61,559 bases of DNA from Rikenellaceae bacterium DTU049 (GTDB lineage: Bacteria > Bacteroidota > Bacteroidia > Bacteroidales > DTU049), in contig LFTI01000013.1 in NCBI GenBank assembly GCA_001513285.1, forward strand, positions 1-61,559, given 5' to 3'. Both the position numbers and the translations under genes were made by a program. Shown here in pieces: positions 9,331 through 19,518 of this stretch. Each line of letters begins with the position of its first letter. Positions within the stretch are counted from its first letter, which is position 1. Under the pieces are notes generated by a model. It saw nothing but the letters and a program-made list of their open reading frames with translations, was not told the origin of the DNA and made no database searches.

Positions 9331-9482
9331 AAGCGTTATATTAATAACACATTAATAACTATATTTCATATAAGTATCATTGATTTTTATATAAATTTAT
9401 ATTTAATTTACTTTTCATTGACAATCAAACTAAGAAAAGTAACAAAAAAAATGTTTCCGCTGGAGATATGATTTGATAAAAC
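9331..9482 (+). repeat. Repeat family A, copy 2 (degenerate hairpin)
   Basis: ...attaataactatatttcatataagtatcattgattttt...tttacttttcattgacaatcaaactaagaaaagtaacaaaaaaaatgtttccgctggagatatgatttgataaaac aligns with copies 1 and 4. Confidence 0.7.
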
Positions 9483-9621
9483 TGCTATTTAGTCATCTCA
9501 TAAAAAGTTAAAACCTCATATTTCCAGATGATTATCCCCAAAAACGATTGATTAAATAGATAATAATTTTTAATCCTTTGAATAATATTTTATATTAATT
9601 TTGCAAACTAATAAAATTTAT

Positions 9622-10395
9622 ATGAAGCTTATTGATATTAAAAAATCTAATGGTATAGCACTTATCACTGGTGCATCTAGTGGAATAGGTGAGGCTTTTG
9701 CTAAAGAATTAGCTGCTATGAAACATGATATTACATTAGTAGCTCGACGACAAAACAAATTAGAACAATTAGCGAAAGATCTAAGGGAAAAGTATGAGAT
9801 AAATGTAAATATAATTATAGCCGACTTATCTACTGAACAAGGTATGGAAAGCATAGAAGAATATATTATAAACACACCAAATTTAGATTTACTTATTAAT
9901 TGTGCTGGATTTGGGCTACGTGGCGATTTTAATAATTTAACTAAGGATCAAATTTCCCAAATAATAGATGTACATACGAAATCGTCTACAAGATTTTGCA
10001 GAGCAGCGATACCTGTGATGAGGGATAGAGGTTATGGTTACATAATAAATGTTTCTTCTTTAGCTGCTTTTTTCCCTTTTAAAGGTAGTGCTATCTACGT
10101 AGCTACTAAAATTTATTTAGTTTATTTTTCTAAAGCTATACAAAAAGAAGTGAGAAAGTATAATATAAAAATTCAAGCTTTATGTCCAGGTGTTACTAAT
10201 ACTGGTTTTCACTATACAGAAGCTTTTAAAGATTTCGATCGTTCTACTGTACCAAAATACATGTGGATGCAACCTGATATTGTAGCCAAAAAGTCTCTAA
10301 AAGTCTTGAAAAATAAAAAAGTTGTTTATATTCCTGGATTTAAAAATAAAGTTATTGGTGTGCTAACTCAAATTGGGAATCTTTTTGCTCCCTGA
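9622..10395 (+). CDS. SDR-family short-chain oxidoreductase
   Basis: TGASSGIG Rossmann motif and YVATK catalytic motif. Start moved from the TTG at 9601 to the in-frame ATG at 9622. Confidence 0.85.
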   Translation: MKLIDIKKSNGIALITGASSGIGEAFAKELAAMKHDITLVARRQNKLEQLAKDLREKYEINVNIIIADLSTEQGMESIEEYIINTPNLDLLINCAGFGLRGDFNNLTKDQISQIIDVHTKSSTRFCRAAIPVMRDRGYGYIINVSSLAAFFPFKGSAIYVATKIYLVYFSKAIQKEVRKYNIKIQALCPGVTNTGFHYTEAFKDFDRSTVPKYMWMQPDIVAKKSLKVLKNKKVVYIPGFKNKVIGVLTQIGNLFAP

Positions 10396-11821
10396 TCATC
10401 CATAAAAGTATGAAAGTAATTAATGCATTTATTACTAGCACTTCCCAACCGACATAAAATTGAAAATTAGTTTTTAATATTTTCATTATTGCAAATGAGC
10501 ATAAAGGACTAAATAATACTACTTGCCAAATACTGCCACCATCTATATTTGCTTTTGTTAATATGCCAAAAGCAAATAATCCAAGTAGTGGACCATAAGT
10601 ATATCCAGCTATAGTAAATAATGTATCTAAGATAGCTTTGTTATTTGCTGTATAGAATATCATTATTAAAATAAACATTCCTAATGAGACGCCCCATTGT
10701 ATTAGCATTCTATATTGTTTAAGCTTTTTATTTGATTTTATCTTTTTGGGTAAATCTAATAAATCTATAGTAATAGAAGTAGTAAGTGCTGTGAGTGCGG
10801 CATCTGTACCAGAAAAAGATGCTGCTATCAATCCTATGAAAAATATTATGCCTACTAATTGATTCATATAATAAAATGACACAGTGGGAAATAAATAATC
10901 AGAGGTTTGCAAAGCACCTATATTTACGTAGTCTGCATATAAATATAAAGAGCCACCAAGTAAGAGAAATATGAAATCTACTATTGCTAAAATTATACTG
11001 AAAACCAACATGTTTTTCTGAGAATTTTTAAGTGTAGAAATGGATAAATTTTTTTGCATCATTTCTTGATCTAAACCAGTCATAGAGATAGTTATAAACA
11101 TGCCGCTTATTAATAATTTTGCCCAAAAGTTTTTAGAAGCTGGATTATTATCAATAATATAAAAATAGCTACTATTAAAAACATTATCTAATAACCCATT
11201 CACATTTGTATTCATAAATTGAGCTATAAAATATATTGTTAATAAAATAGAAGCTATCATAAACGTTGTCTGAATAGTATCTGTCCACACTATCGTTTTA
11301 ACACCTCCGACTAAAGTATATCCATGAATTATGAGTAAAAAAATGACTGTACTTAACCAAAATGATATTCCAAAATTACTTAATACAAATGTTTGTAAAA
11401 TTACTATAACTATAAACATTCTTAATGAGGCACCTAATGATCTAGAAATTAAAAAAAGCCATGCTCCAGACTTTTGTGCTTGAATGCTAAATCTGTTTTT
11501 TAAATATTCATATATAGATGTAACATTATTTTTATAATATATTGGTAATAATACAAAAGCTATAACAAAATAACCTAAAATATATCCTACAACAACTATT
11601 AAATAAGTAAATCCAGTTTCCCCTACAAAGCCAGGTAGAGATAAGAAAGTTACTCCAGTCAGAGAAGTACCTATCATTCCATAAGCTACTAAATACCATG
11701 GTGCTTTTCTATTAGATAAAAAATATGATTCATTATTAGCTTTTCTAGATGTCAGATATGCTGCTAAAAATAGTACAAAAACGTAAAAAATAAAAATTAC
11801 TAATAAAAGAGTAGGATTCAT
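10352..11821 (-). CDS. Sodium:solute symporter (SSF) family transporter
   Basis: Polytopic membrane protein of ~13 TM segments with SSF-like organisation. Its 3' end overlaps the convergent SDR gene by 44 nt. Confidence 0.8.
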   Translation of the reverse strand: MNPTLLLVIFIFYVFVLFLAAYLTSRKANNESYFLSNRKAPWYLVAYGMIGTSLTGVTFLSLPGFVGETGFTYLIVVVGYILGYFVIAFVLLPIYYKNNVTSIYEYLKNRFSIQAQKSGAWLFLISRSLGASLRMFIVIVILQTFVLSNFGISFWLSTVIFLLIIHGYTLVGGVKTIVWTDTIQTTFMIASILLTIYFIAQFMNTNVNGLLDNVFNSSYFYIIDNNPASKNFWAKLLISGMFITISMTGLDQEMMQKNLSISTLKNSQKNMLVFSIILAIVDFIFLLLGGSLYLYADYVNIGALQTSDYLFPTVSFYYMNQLVGIIFFIGLIAASFSGTDAALTALTTSITIDLLDLPKKIKSNKKLKQYRMLIQWGVSLGMFILIMIFYTANNKAILDTLFTIAGYTYGPLLGLFAFGILTKANIDGGSIWQVVLFSPLCSFAIMKILKTNFQFYVGWEVLVINALITFILLWMIREQKDSQFELAHQ

Positions 11822-12011
11822 TTTTTTTGCAAAAGTAAAAAAGCAAAATAAATATAAAAAATTTTTTAGAGTGATAATAGTAATTTAGTATTTTCTTTGA
11901 AAATTTCTAATATAAAATTTATTAGCAGTTTTATAAAAGAAAATTGGGGAACAAAAATTACTTGTCCCCCAAATTGAAAAAAAATTTAATATTTATGAAG
12001 TAAATTTAGTT

Positions 12012-13151
12012 TTAATAATCACCGCTCCCTTTAAGAGATATAGGCATATGAAGCATTACAATGTCTTCATTTTCATTTTCTTCTGCCGGTGTTATTATTA
12101 TAGCTGTATTAGGTTTATTCATCAAGATGTTAATATTATCACAGTCTAAATGTTGCAGCATTTCCATAAAAGTTTTACTATTAAAAGATATTTCCATATC
12201 TTCTCCTTCGTATGTACATTGTAATTTTTCTATACCTTCATTAGCATATTCTTCGTCATTACCAGTGAGAGTGATTTCTTGCCCTTCAATATGCATTTTT
12301 ACTTGATTAGTAGCTTTATCAGTGAAGACACTAACACGTTTTAATGCAGCAATAAAATCTTCTTTACCAATTAAAAGCTTATTTTCGAAACTAGGTGGTA
12401 TCACTCTATCATAATCTGGAAATACACCTTCGAGTAGTTTGCAAGAAATAATAATATTCTCAAACTCAAAAGATACATTGGTTTCATTAAAATTAATAGT
12501 TACATCTGTGTCTTTGTCTAATAAATTTCTAAGCAATTGCAGTGGTTTTCTTTTAGAAACAAAATTAAAATTATCATCAGTATCTATATTAAATCTCCTA
12601 TAACGAACTAATCTATGACTATCAGTAGAAACTACATTTAGCATATTATCTTTAAAATCAAAATTGATACCAGTAAGTATTTGTCTGTAATCTACAGGAG
12701 CAGCACAAAAAAGAGTGTATTCAATAGATGTAGATAAAATACTACTATTTAGCACTATGCTTGTAGCATCAGGTATTTGAGGCATTGTAGGATAATTACC
12801 TGCATCCATTCCTACCATACGATATACACCATTACCAGCAGATATAGTAATTTGGTAATTGTTTTCACCAGTAGTATCTAAATTGAATGCAATAGGGATA
12901 GACGGTACATTTTTCAAATAATCTTGTAATAATTTTGATGGTATTACTAGCTCTCCTTCTCCATCGCTTTCAATAAGATTTATAGTAATGCTAGCTCTCG
13001 TATCACCGTCTGTTGCCGTTATTGTTAGATTATTATTACTTACAGAAAATAGAAAATTTTCTAAAATTTTCACTACATTATTAGCAATGGGAACACTGCT
13101 AACACTATTAATTGCTTTACTTAATTCAGCATTTGAGACAATAAATTTCAT
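12012..13151 (-). CDS. dnaN: DNA polymerase III beta sliding clamp
   Basis: MKFIVSNAELSKAINSVSSV..., ~380 aa, three-domain clamp pattern. Confidence 0.9.
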   Translation of the reverse strand: MKFIVSNAELSKAINSVSSVPIANNVVKILENFLFSVSNNNLTITATDGDTRASITINLIESDGEGELVIPSKLLQDYLKNVPSIPIAFNLDTTGENNYQITISAGNGVYRMVGMDAGNYPTMPQIPDATSIVLNSSILSTSIEYTLFCAAPVDYRQILTGINFDFKDNMLNVVSTDSHRLVRYRRFNIDTDDNFNFVSKRKPLQLLRNLLDKDTDVTINFNETNVSFEFENIIISCKLLEGVFPDYDRVIPPSFENKLLIGKEDFIAALKRVSVFTDKATNQVKMHIEGQEITLTGNDEEYANEGIEKLQCTYEGEDMEISFNSKTFMEMLQHLDCDNINILMNKPNTAIIITPAEENENEDIVMLHMPISLKGSGDY

Positions 13152-13228
13152 ATTTTAAAATTTTGACTTCAAAATTACATTAAAAATTTATATTGATAAA
13201 AAAATATTTAATAAAAATAATTTAATTT

Positions 13229-13275
13229 GGCTTTTAATTAATAACTAAATTGTTACTTATATATATCTGTTACTA
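13229..13275 (+). repeat. Repeat family A, head fragment
   Basis: ggcttttaattaataactaaattgttactt matches the heads at 2268 and 45461. It is interrupted just before MITE B copy 3. Confidence 0.6.
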
Positions 13276-13299
13276 AGAACTTTACATAATAATATATTA

Positions 13300-13483
13300 T
13301 TTGTTTAAATTAAGTAATGATATTTATTTACTAATTTAAATTCTTTTTTTATCACTATTTATAAACATTTTATAGAAATATTTTCTAAAATTTTAATTTT
13401 TAATCATTTTCTTTATAATCTAAAATACAAAAAGTATAAATTGTTATTTATTTAAATTTATATATCATTATTTAATTTAAACA
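13300..13483. mobile_element. MITE family B, copy 3 (184 bp)
   Basis: Ends are tttgtttaaattaagtaatgatat and tatatcattatttaatttaaaca. Confidence 0.8.
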
Positions 13484-13510
13484 TTTATTAAAATTAAAAA
13501 TTTTTATTTA

Positions 13511-13620
13511 TTTAATTATTTAATTAATAACTAAAATATTTCTGGTTCATTCACATTAATAACTATATTTCTTATGAGTGTAATTTTATTTTTTAATAAA
13601 TTTCTATTTAATTTACTTCT
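13511..13620 (+). repeat. Repeat family A, copy 3 (truncated before the hairpin)
   Basis: tttaattatttaattaataactaaaatatttctggttcattcacattaataactatatttcttatgagtgtaatt...aaatttctatttaatttactt. Confidence 0.65.
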
Positions 13621-13746
13621 AAATTCGAGTAATTAATGCAACTTTATAAAAAGCATAATTCAACTTTAAAAGATTTATTTTGTCAAGTTTCATAATCTAA
13701 TTACTTTCGCATTAATGTATTTTATAATCAAAAAATTTTTTAAAAT

Positions 13747-14325
13747 ATGAAAAAAATTTTTGTATTAGTTATTTTAATGTTACTATTTTTCACTGCAAAA
13801 AGTCAAAATTCAGATATGTTGAGTTTTGGTTCAGATTTAAAAAGGACCTTTAATCTAGGTGGTGAATTGGGTTTGACAATTGGTACCAATACTAGTATTA
13901 TGGTGTCTGCTAGAGGATCTTATAATTTTAATAATTTTATAGCTTTAGGATTAAATCCGTTTTATTGGTTTATACAGTCTAATTATTATTATCCAGCTAC
14001 AAGCATACATATGACAGGAATGAGAGTGTTTTTAGATTTTTCAATTTTTAAAATGTTATATTTGCACTGTGAATTTGAGGAGTTGCTTTATAAAGCACCA
14101 TCATTAGATTATCCATATAATAAAATTTGGTATACTTCTGAAAATTTATTGATAGGTCCTGGCATTAGGCAACCAATTTCATCTAATTTTTATGCTTATT
14201 TAGAAGTGTTATGGAATCTTAATGAAAATATGAACTCTATCTATTATAGTCCAGTTATTAGAGCTGGTGCTATTTATGTGTTTCCACAAACATTAAAGAG
14301 GAAAAAGTCAGATTTGGAGGAGTAA
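13747..14325 (+). CDS. Hypothetical exported protein, possibly a small outer-membrane beta-barrel
   Basis: Signal peptide MKKIFVLVILMLLFFTAKSQ, alternating aromatic/small residues, and a C-terminal aromatic-rich strand (RAGAIYVF). Confidence 0.5.
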   Translation: MKKIFVLVILMLLFFTAKSQNSDMLSFGSDLKRTFNLGGELGLTIGTNTSIMVSARGSYNFNNFIALGLNPFYWFIQSNYYYPATSIHMTGMRVFLDFSIFKMLYLHCEFEELLYKAPSLDYPYNKIWYTSENLLIGPGIRQPISSNFYAYLEVLWNLNENMNSIYYSPVIRAGAIYVFPQTLKRKKSDLEE

Positions 14326-14979
14326 AAAAGCATTATCTTTTAACCATTTTTTAGCTTTTTTATAATCAGGATATATACTTTCTACTTGTTGCCAAAATTT
14401 GCGAGAATGATTATCAACTTTGAGATGAATGAATTCGTGAATGATTACATAATCTAAAACTTCTATAGGAGCCATTATTAGCCGCCAATTAATATTTATA
14501 TTACCATTATATGAGCAAGATCCCCAGCGTGTTTTAGCATTACTAATTTTTATTTTTGAATATTGAAAATTATAATTATGGGCGTAATATTCAGCTCTAG
14601 ATTTGATTACTTTAGCAGCCTCATCTTTGTACCAGTTAGTGAAAACTTCTTTAGCATTTGCTAAGCAATATTTTGATAAATAAAAATTGTCATTTAGAGT
14701 AAGTAAATTGTCGTAATCATCTACAATTTTTAAAGGATAATATTTACCTAAATAGAGGAATTCTTCACCTTCAGTGAAAGTTAATATTTTTTTATTTCGT
14801 TCAATGATTTCTGATTGTTTAGTTTCTAACCAGTGTTGATGTTTTAAGACAATATCGTTGATTTCTTTTTTGCTTAGTGTGAGGGGAGCTCTCACTATTA
14901 GTGTACCATCATTTTTTATTTGAATAGAGACAGTTTTTCTTTTAGAACGAACGATCTTATCAATTTTGATATTTTTCAT
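14308..14979 (-). CDS. YgjP-like (DUF45) M48-type metallopeptidase
   Basis: ISNAKTRWGSCS....INWRLIMAP.EVLDYVIIHEFIHL..DNHSRKFW contains the HExxH zinc motif in the DUF45 arrangement. Confidence 0.8.
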   Translation of the reverse strand: MKNIKIDKIVRSKRKTVSIQIKNDGTLIVRAPLTLSKKEINDIVLKHQHWLETKQSEIIERNKKILTFTEGEEFLYLGKYYPLKIVDDYDNLLTLNDNFYLSKYCLANAKEVFTNWYKDEAAKVIKSRAEYYAHNYNFQYSKIKISNAKTRWGSCSYNGNININWRLIMAPIEVLDYVIIHEFIHLKVDNHSRKFWQQVESIYPDYKKAKKWLKDNAFLLLQI

Positions 14980-14989
14980 AAAAAATTTT

Positions 14990-15219
14990 GGTTCTATAAC
15001 GTTTATTTAGATTAATTATTTTACCACAAAGGGCACCAAGATATTGCACAAAGTTCACAAAGTATCATTTATAAGACTTTTAATTCCATCATTCTCTGTG
15101 TTCTTTGTGCCTCCTTTGAGAACTTTGTGGTTAATATTTAACTGTCCAGTAATAAATAAAATTCATTTTTATAAAATTACTCTTTTTTAATCTTTACTCA
15201 TATAAAACGTTATAAAACC
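14990..15219 (+). mobile_element. MITE family D, copy 1 (~230 bp; TIR ggttctataacg / cgttataaaacc)
   Basis: Terminal inverted repeats extend to aaaattttggttctataacg / cgttataaaaccaaaatttt. Internal opposed blocks are ccacaaagg..cacaaagttcacaaag versus ctttgtgcc..gaactttgtgg. Confidence 0.8.
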
Positions 15220-15307
15220 AAAATTTTTTAACAAAATTAAAAATAATAAATAAAAAAAGTGGCAACCAAAAGGCTGCCACTTTTATAGTTATTATGAAAA
15301 CAAAAAA

Positions 15308-17191
15308 CTATTTAGTGTTATCTTCTTCATTATTATTTAGTTGCTCTTTAATATCATCAAAGATACCTAGATCTGCTAAAGTAGTATGAGTAGATGAATT
15401 TTCTGATTTTGTAGATTTGGTCTTTTTAGGTTTAGGAGTTTCCCATGTTTTAGTATGAGAAACAGTAATTTTTTTAGCATCTTTATTGAATTCAACTATC
15501 ATAAAATCTAGAATTTCATCAGCTTTTGCTTTAGATTTATCTTCTTTAATTAATTGTCTAGCAGGTGCATATGCTTCCATACCATATGGTAATTCTATGA
15601 CTGCACCTTTATCTTTACGCATTTCGATAATTTTACCTTGATGTACAGAATCTGGAGTAAAAATAGATTCATAAACATCCCATGGATTTTCATCAATTTG
15701 TTTATGACCTAAGCTTAATCTACGATTATCAGTATCTATTTCTAAAACGACAACTTCTAATTCATCACCTATTTTACAAAATTCTGATGGATGTTTGATT
15801 TTTTTAGTCCAAGAAAGATCGCTAATATGAATTAAGCCATCTACACCCTCTTCTAATTCGACAAAAACACCAAAAGTAGTGAAATTGCGTACAATAGCTT
15901 TGTGTTTAGAACCTACTGGATATCTTTCTTGAATATTCACCCATGGATCAGGTAAAAGTTGTTTGATACCGAGAGACATTTTGCGTTCTTCTCTATCAAT
16001 AGATAAAATAATAGCTTCTACAGTATCACCTACATTAAGAAAATCTTGAGCAGAGCGTAAATGCTGAGACCAAGACATTTCAGATACATGTATTAATCCT
16101 TCTACACCTGGAATAATCTCTACGAAAGCACCATAATCAGCTATAGCTACTACCTTGCCACTAATTTTATCACCAGCTTTGAGATTTGGATCTAATAAAT
16201 CCCAAGGATGAGGGGTCAATTGTTTCAACCCAAGAGAGATACGTTTTTTTTGCTCGTCGAAATCTAATATTACAACATTTAATTTTTGCCCGAGTTGTAC
16301 AATTTCTTCTGGATGATTTATTCTGCCCCAGCTAAGATCTGTAATATGTATTAACCCATCTATACCGCCTAAATCGATAAATACACCATAAGAAGTAATA
16401 TTTTTGACCTCACCTTCTAAAACTTGACCTTTTTCTAATTTAGAAATAATTTCAGATTTTTGAGCTTCTATTTCTTCTTCTATTATAGCTTTATGAGAGA
16501 CTACAACATTTTTAAATTCTTGATTAATTTTTACAATTTTGAAATCCATTGTAGTACCTACAAAAGCATCATAATCTTTAATAGGTTTAACGTCTATCTG
16601 ACTGCCGGGTAAGAAACATTCTATGCCATACAGATCCACGATGAGACCACCTTTAGTTCTCGATTTTATATAGCCTTGTACAATGGCATTAGCCTCGTAT
16701 AATTCATTTATCTTGTTCCATGCTGAAAGTATTCTAGCTTTTTTATGAGATAAAATTAATTGTCCAGTGCCATCATCTTGACTTTCTACATAAACTTCGA
16801 TTTTATCACCTACCTTCAAATCTGGATTATAACGCACCTCATTGAGAGGAATCACACCGTCTGATTTGTAATTAATATTTACAAATACCTCTCTCTCTCC
16901 AAATCCAATAACTGTACCTTCGATAATTTCCTTATCTTGTAGTACATTCATTGTCTTGGTGTATTTCTCTTCTAATTTTTGTCTATCGTCATCACGATAG
17001 TCCTTTGTCTCCATTATTAGAGCATCCCAATCAAAATCTTCTGAGGATTTTGTTTCTGTATTTGCTACCTTTGTTTCATTAGTAGATACATTTTCCTGGG
17101 GATTAATTTCCTCACTTTCATTAGTGATTTCTGGTGTTTGTTCAACCTTGTTTAAATTTTCTTCTGGTTGATAATTAATTTCATTTTCCAT
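15308..17191 (-). CDS. rpsA: 30S ribosomal protein S1
   Basis: Six S1 repeats (G.V......GVFV.L..G..GL.H.S), with acidic N-terminal and basic C-terminal extensions. Confidence 0.95.
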   Translation of the reverse strand: MENEINYQPEENLNKVEQTPEITNESEEINPQENVSTNETKVANTETKSSEDFDWDALIMETKDYRDDDRQKLEEKYTKTMNVLQDKEIIEGTVIGFGEREVFVNINYKSDGVIPLNEVRYNPDLKVGDKIEVYVESQDDGTGQLILSHKKARILSAWNKINELYEANAIVQGYIKSRTKGGLIVDLYGIECFLPGSQIDVKPIKDYDAFVGTTMDFKIVKINQEFKNVVVSHKAIIEEEIEAQKSEIISKLEKGQVLEGEVKNITSYGVFIDLGGIDGLIHITDLSWGRINHPEEIVQLGQKLNVVILDFDEQKKRISLGLKQLTPHPWDLLDPNLKAGDKISGKVVAIADYGAFVEIIPGVEGLIHVSEMSWSQHLRSAQDFLNVGDTVEAIILSIDREERKMSLGIKQLLPDPWVNIQERYPVGSKHKAIVRNFTTFGVFVELEEGVDGLIHISDLSWTKKIKHPSEFCKIGDELEVVVLEIDTDNRRLSLGHKQIDENPWDVYESIFTPDSVHQGKIIEMRKDKGAVIELPYGMEAYAPARQLIKEDKSKAKADEILDFMIVEFNKDAKKITVSHTKTWETPKPKKTKSTKSENSSTHTTLADLGIFDDIKEQLNNNEEDNTK

Positions 17192-17239
17192 TCATGTTTT
17201 CTCCTTTCTTGAAAAACTTGTTCTCAAGTTTTTTGTTTG

Positions 17240-17247
17240 CAAAGGTA
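17240..17247 (-). promoter_or_regulatory. -7 box (TAnnTTTG on the minus strand) upstream of rpsA
   Basis: The plus strand reads caaaggta, ~50 nt upstream of the rpsA start. Confidence 0.4.
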
Positions 17248-17282
17248 TAAAAAATTTTTTATTTAGTAATAATAATTTTAGT

Positions 17283-17522
17283 GGTTCTATAAAGTTTATT
17301 GTTAGTAAATTATTTAGATTAATTATTTTACCACAAAGGACACAAAGATATTACACAAAGTTCACAAAGTGACATTTTAATCTTTTAATCTATCATTCTC
17401 TGTGTTCTTTGTGCCTTCTTTGAGAACTTTGTGGTTAATATATAACTATCCAATAACAAATAAAATTTATTTTTATAAAATTACTCTTTTAAATCTTTAC
17501 CCACTCAAAACGTTATAGAACC
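17283..17522 (+). mobile_element. MITE family D, copy 2 (~240 bp)
   Basis: ggttctataaag...cgttatagaacc, collinear with copy 1 and in the same orientation. Confidence 0.8.
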
Positions 17523-17553
17523 AATTTAGTTATCAATTAATCGCCTAATTCGA

Positions 17554-18576
17554 TTAATCTAATACTGAGAATTGATGTAAAAATTTAATATCGTTTTCTG
17601 AAAATAACCTTAAATCATTTACAGAGAATAAAAGATTGGTAATGCGTTCTATTCCCAATCCAAAGGCAAATCCAGTGTATTCATCTGAATCAATACCACA
17701 ATTTTTTAAAACATTAGGATGTACCATGCCACAACCTAAAATTTCTACCCACCCCGTATTTTTACAAAAGCTACATCCTCTACCACCACATAAATTACAA
17801 GAAATATCCATTTCTGCTGATGGTTCTGTAAATGGGAAATATGAAGGACGAAGCCTTATTTTAGTATCTTTATCAAAAAGACTTTGAGCGAAATACTCCA
17901 AAGTATCTTTCAAATCAGCAAAAGATACATTATGATCTACATATAATCCTTCTATTTGATGAAAAAAAACATGTGAACGTGATGAAATAGCTTCATTTCT
18001 ATAGACTCTTCCCGGGAATATATATCTGATAGGAGGTTTTTCTTTTTCCATTAGTCTGATCTGCACACTAGACGTATGCGTACGTAAAACTATATCTGGA
18101 TTTTTTTCTATAAAAAAAGTATCTTGCATATCTCTAGCAGGATGATCTGGTGGGAAATTTAATGCAGTGAAATTATGCCAGTCATCCTCTATTTCTATAT
18201 CTTCAGCTACATCGTAACCTATACGAGCAAAGATATTGATAATTCTATTTCTGACTATACTAATTGGATGTAAACTAGATGAATGAAACAACTGGGCTGG
18301 CCTACTAAAATCAATTTTAGATGTAGGTGCTTGTGATTTACTTTCTAATTCTTCTTTTTTAGTATTTATAAAATTTTGTAATTGATTTTTTAGATCATTT
18401 AATTGCTTACCATAAATTTTTTTTTCTTCTGGTGGTAAAGTTTTAAATTCATCAAATAGTGCATTTAAAACACCTTTTTTACCTAAATAGTAGATTCTAA
18501 TTTGCTCTAGTTCATTTAGATCTTTTGCATTTAATTGCTTAATATCTTCAAATATTTTATCAATTTTTTCTTTCAT
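17554..18576 (-). CDS. pheS: Phenylalanine--tRNA ligase alpha subunit
   Basis: HP....MQDTF....LRTHTS.VQ.R, FPGRVYR, and class-II motif 3 GFAFGLGIER. Confidence 0.95.
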   Translation of the reverse strand: MKEKIDKIFEDIKQLNAKDLNELEQIRIYYLGKKGVLNALFDEFKTLPPEEKKIYGKQLNDLKNQLQNFINTKKEELESKSQAPTSKIDFSRPAQLFHSSSLHPISIVRNRIINIFARIGYDVAEDIEIEDDWHNFTALNFPPDHPARDMQDTFFIEKNPDIVLRTHTSSVQIRLMEKEKPPIRYIFPGRVYRNEAISSRSHVFFHQIEGLYVDHNVSFADLKDTLEYFAQSLFDKDTKIRLRPSYFPFTEPSAEMDISCNLCGGRGCSFCKNTGWVEILGCGMVHPNVLKNCGIDSDEYTGFAFGLGIERITNLLFSVNDLRLFSENDIKFLHQFSVLD

Positions 18577-18606
18577 AAAATAATAATTTATGCAATGTAA
18601 AGGCAG

Positions 18607-19263
18607 TTACTTAGTTTCAACTATTTCAATTGTAAATTTTACATCTTGCAGAGGCCTATTATTTCTATCTGTTGGTAAACTTGCTATTTTATCTACTACA
18701 TCCATTCCAGATATTACTTCTCCAAAAACAGTATATTGGCCATCTAAATGTGGAGAGCCACCTATAGTAGAATAAATTTGTTTTTGTTCATCAGTAAATT
18801 TGAAACCTCTCTGTTCTAGCATATTCAATTCATCCATATTGAATTTACGACCTTGAACTATATAAAATTGACTGCCGCTACTTTCTTTTTTTGGATTTAC
18901 ATTATCCGACATTCTAGCTGCTGCGATGGCGCCTCTTTTATGGAAATATTCTTGTACGTACTCGAAAGGTATTGTATAGTCTGGCCCACCATTGCCAAGC
19001 ATTTGTCCTGGTTTAGCGTTTTTACTCTGAGGATCTCCTCCTTGTATCATAAAATTAGCTATTACTCTATGAAAAAGTAAGCTGTCATAATATCCAGATT
19101 TTATTAATTTAACGAAATTGTCTCTGTGTAATGGCGTTTTGTCATATAATATGGCTTGTATATCGCCGTATTCTGTGCGAATTACTATCTTTACAGATTG
19201 AGAACTAAGTGTGCTAATTGCAGAAAATAATATTATCATAATTATAATTAATTTAGATTTCAT
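18607..19263 (-). CDS. Peptidyl-prolyl cis-trans isomerase, cyclophilin type, exported
   Basis: FHRVIANFMIQGGDP and GSQFYIV motifs, with an N-terminal signal peptide. Confidence 0.9.
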   Translation of the reverse strand: MKSKLIIIMIILFSAISTLSSQSVKIVIRTEYGDIQAILYDKTPLHRDNFVKLIKSGYYDSLLFHRVIANFMIQGGDPQSKNAKPGQMLGNGGPDYTIPFEYVQEYFHKRGAIAAARMSDNVNPKKESSGSQFYIVQGRKFNMDELNMLEQRGFKFTDEQKQIYSTIGGSPHLDGQYTVFGEVISGMDVVDKIASLPTDRNNRPLQDVKFTIEIVETK

Positions 19264-19390
19264 ATTTTAATAATTTTTTCGAACAAAATTAATATTTTTT
19301 CATGAAATACAAAAAAAGTCTGAACTGGGATTTGTTATATTAGTGGAATAGTAGTTATCTCACGGGGTAAAGAAAGAGCTATGAGCATTA

Positions 19391-19446
19391 GCTATCTACT
19401 ATCTACTCATTACTCACTACTTTCTACTATCTACTCACTACTATTT
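19391..19446. repeat. Tandem heptamer array (CTACTMW units)
   Basis: gctatctactatctactcattactcactactttctactatctactcactactattt shows clear 7-bp periodicity. Confidence 0.75.
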
Positions 19447-19518
19447 AAAACAAAAAATTAAAAAATTTTAATTTATTTTAATCATCAATTAAATATCTAT
19501 TTGTAATTTTGCCACATT

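Noticed and set aside
10352-10395. 44-nt convergent 3' overlap between the SDR gene and the sodium:solute symporter gene
   Set aside because: This is probably just a compact convergent pair. The last residues of either protein could be non-essential, and no regulatory significance can be argued from the sequence alone.
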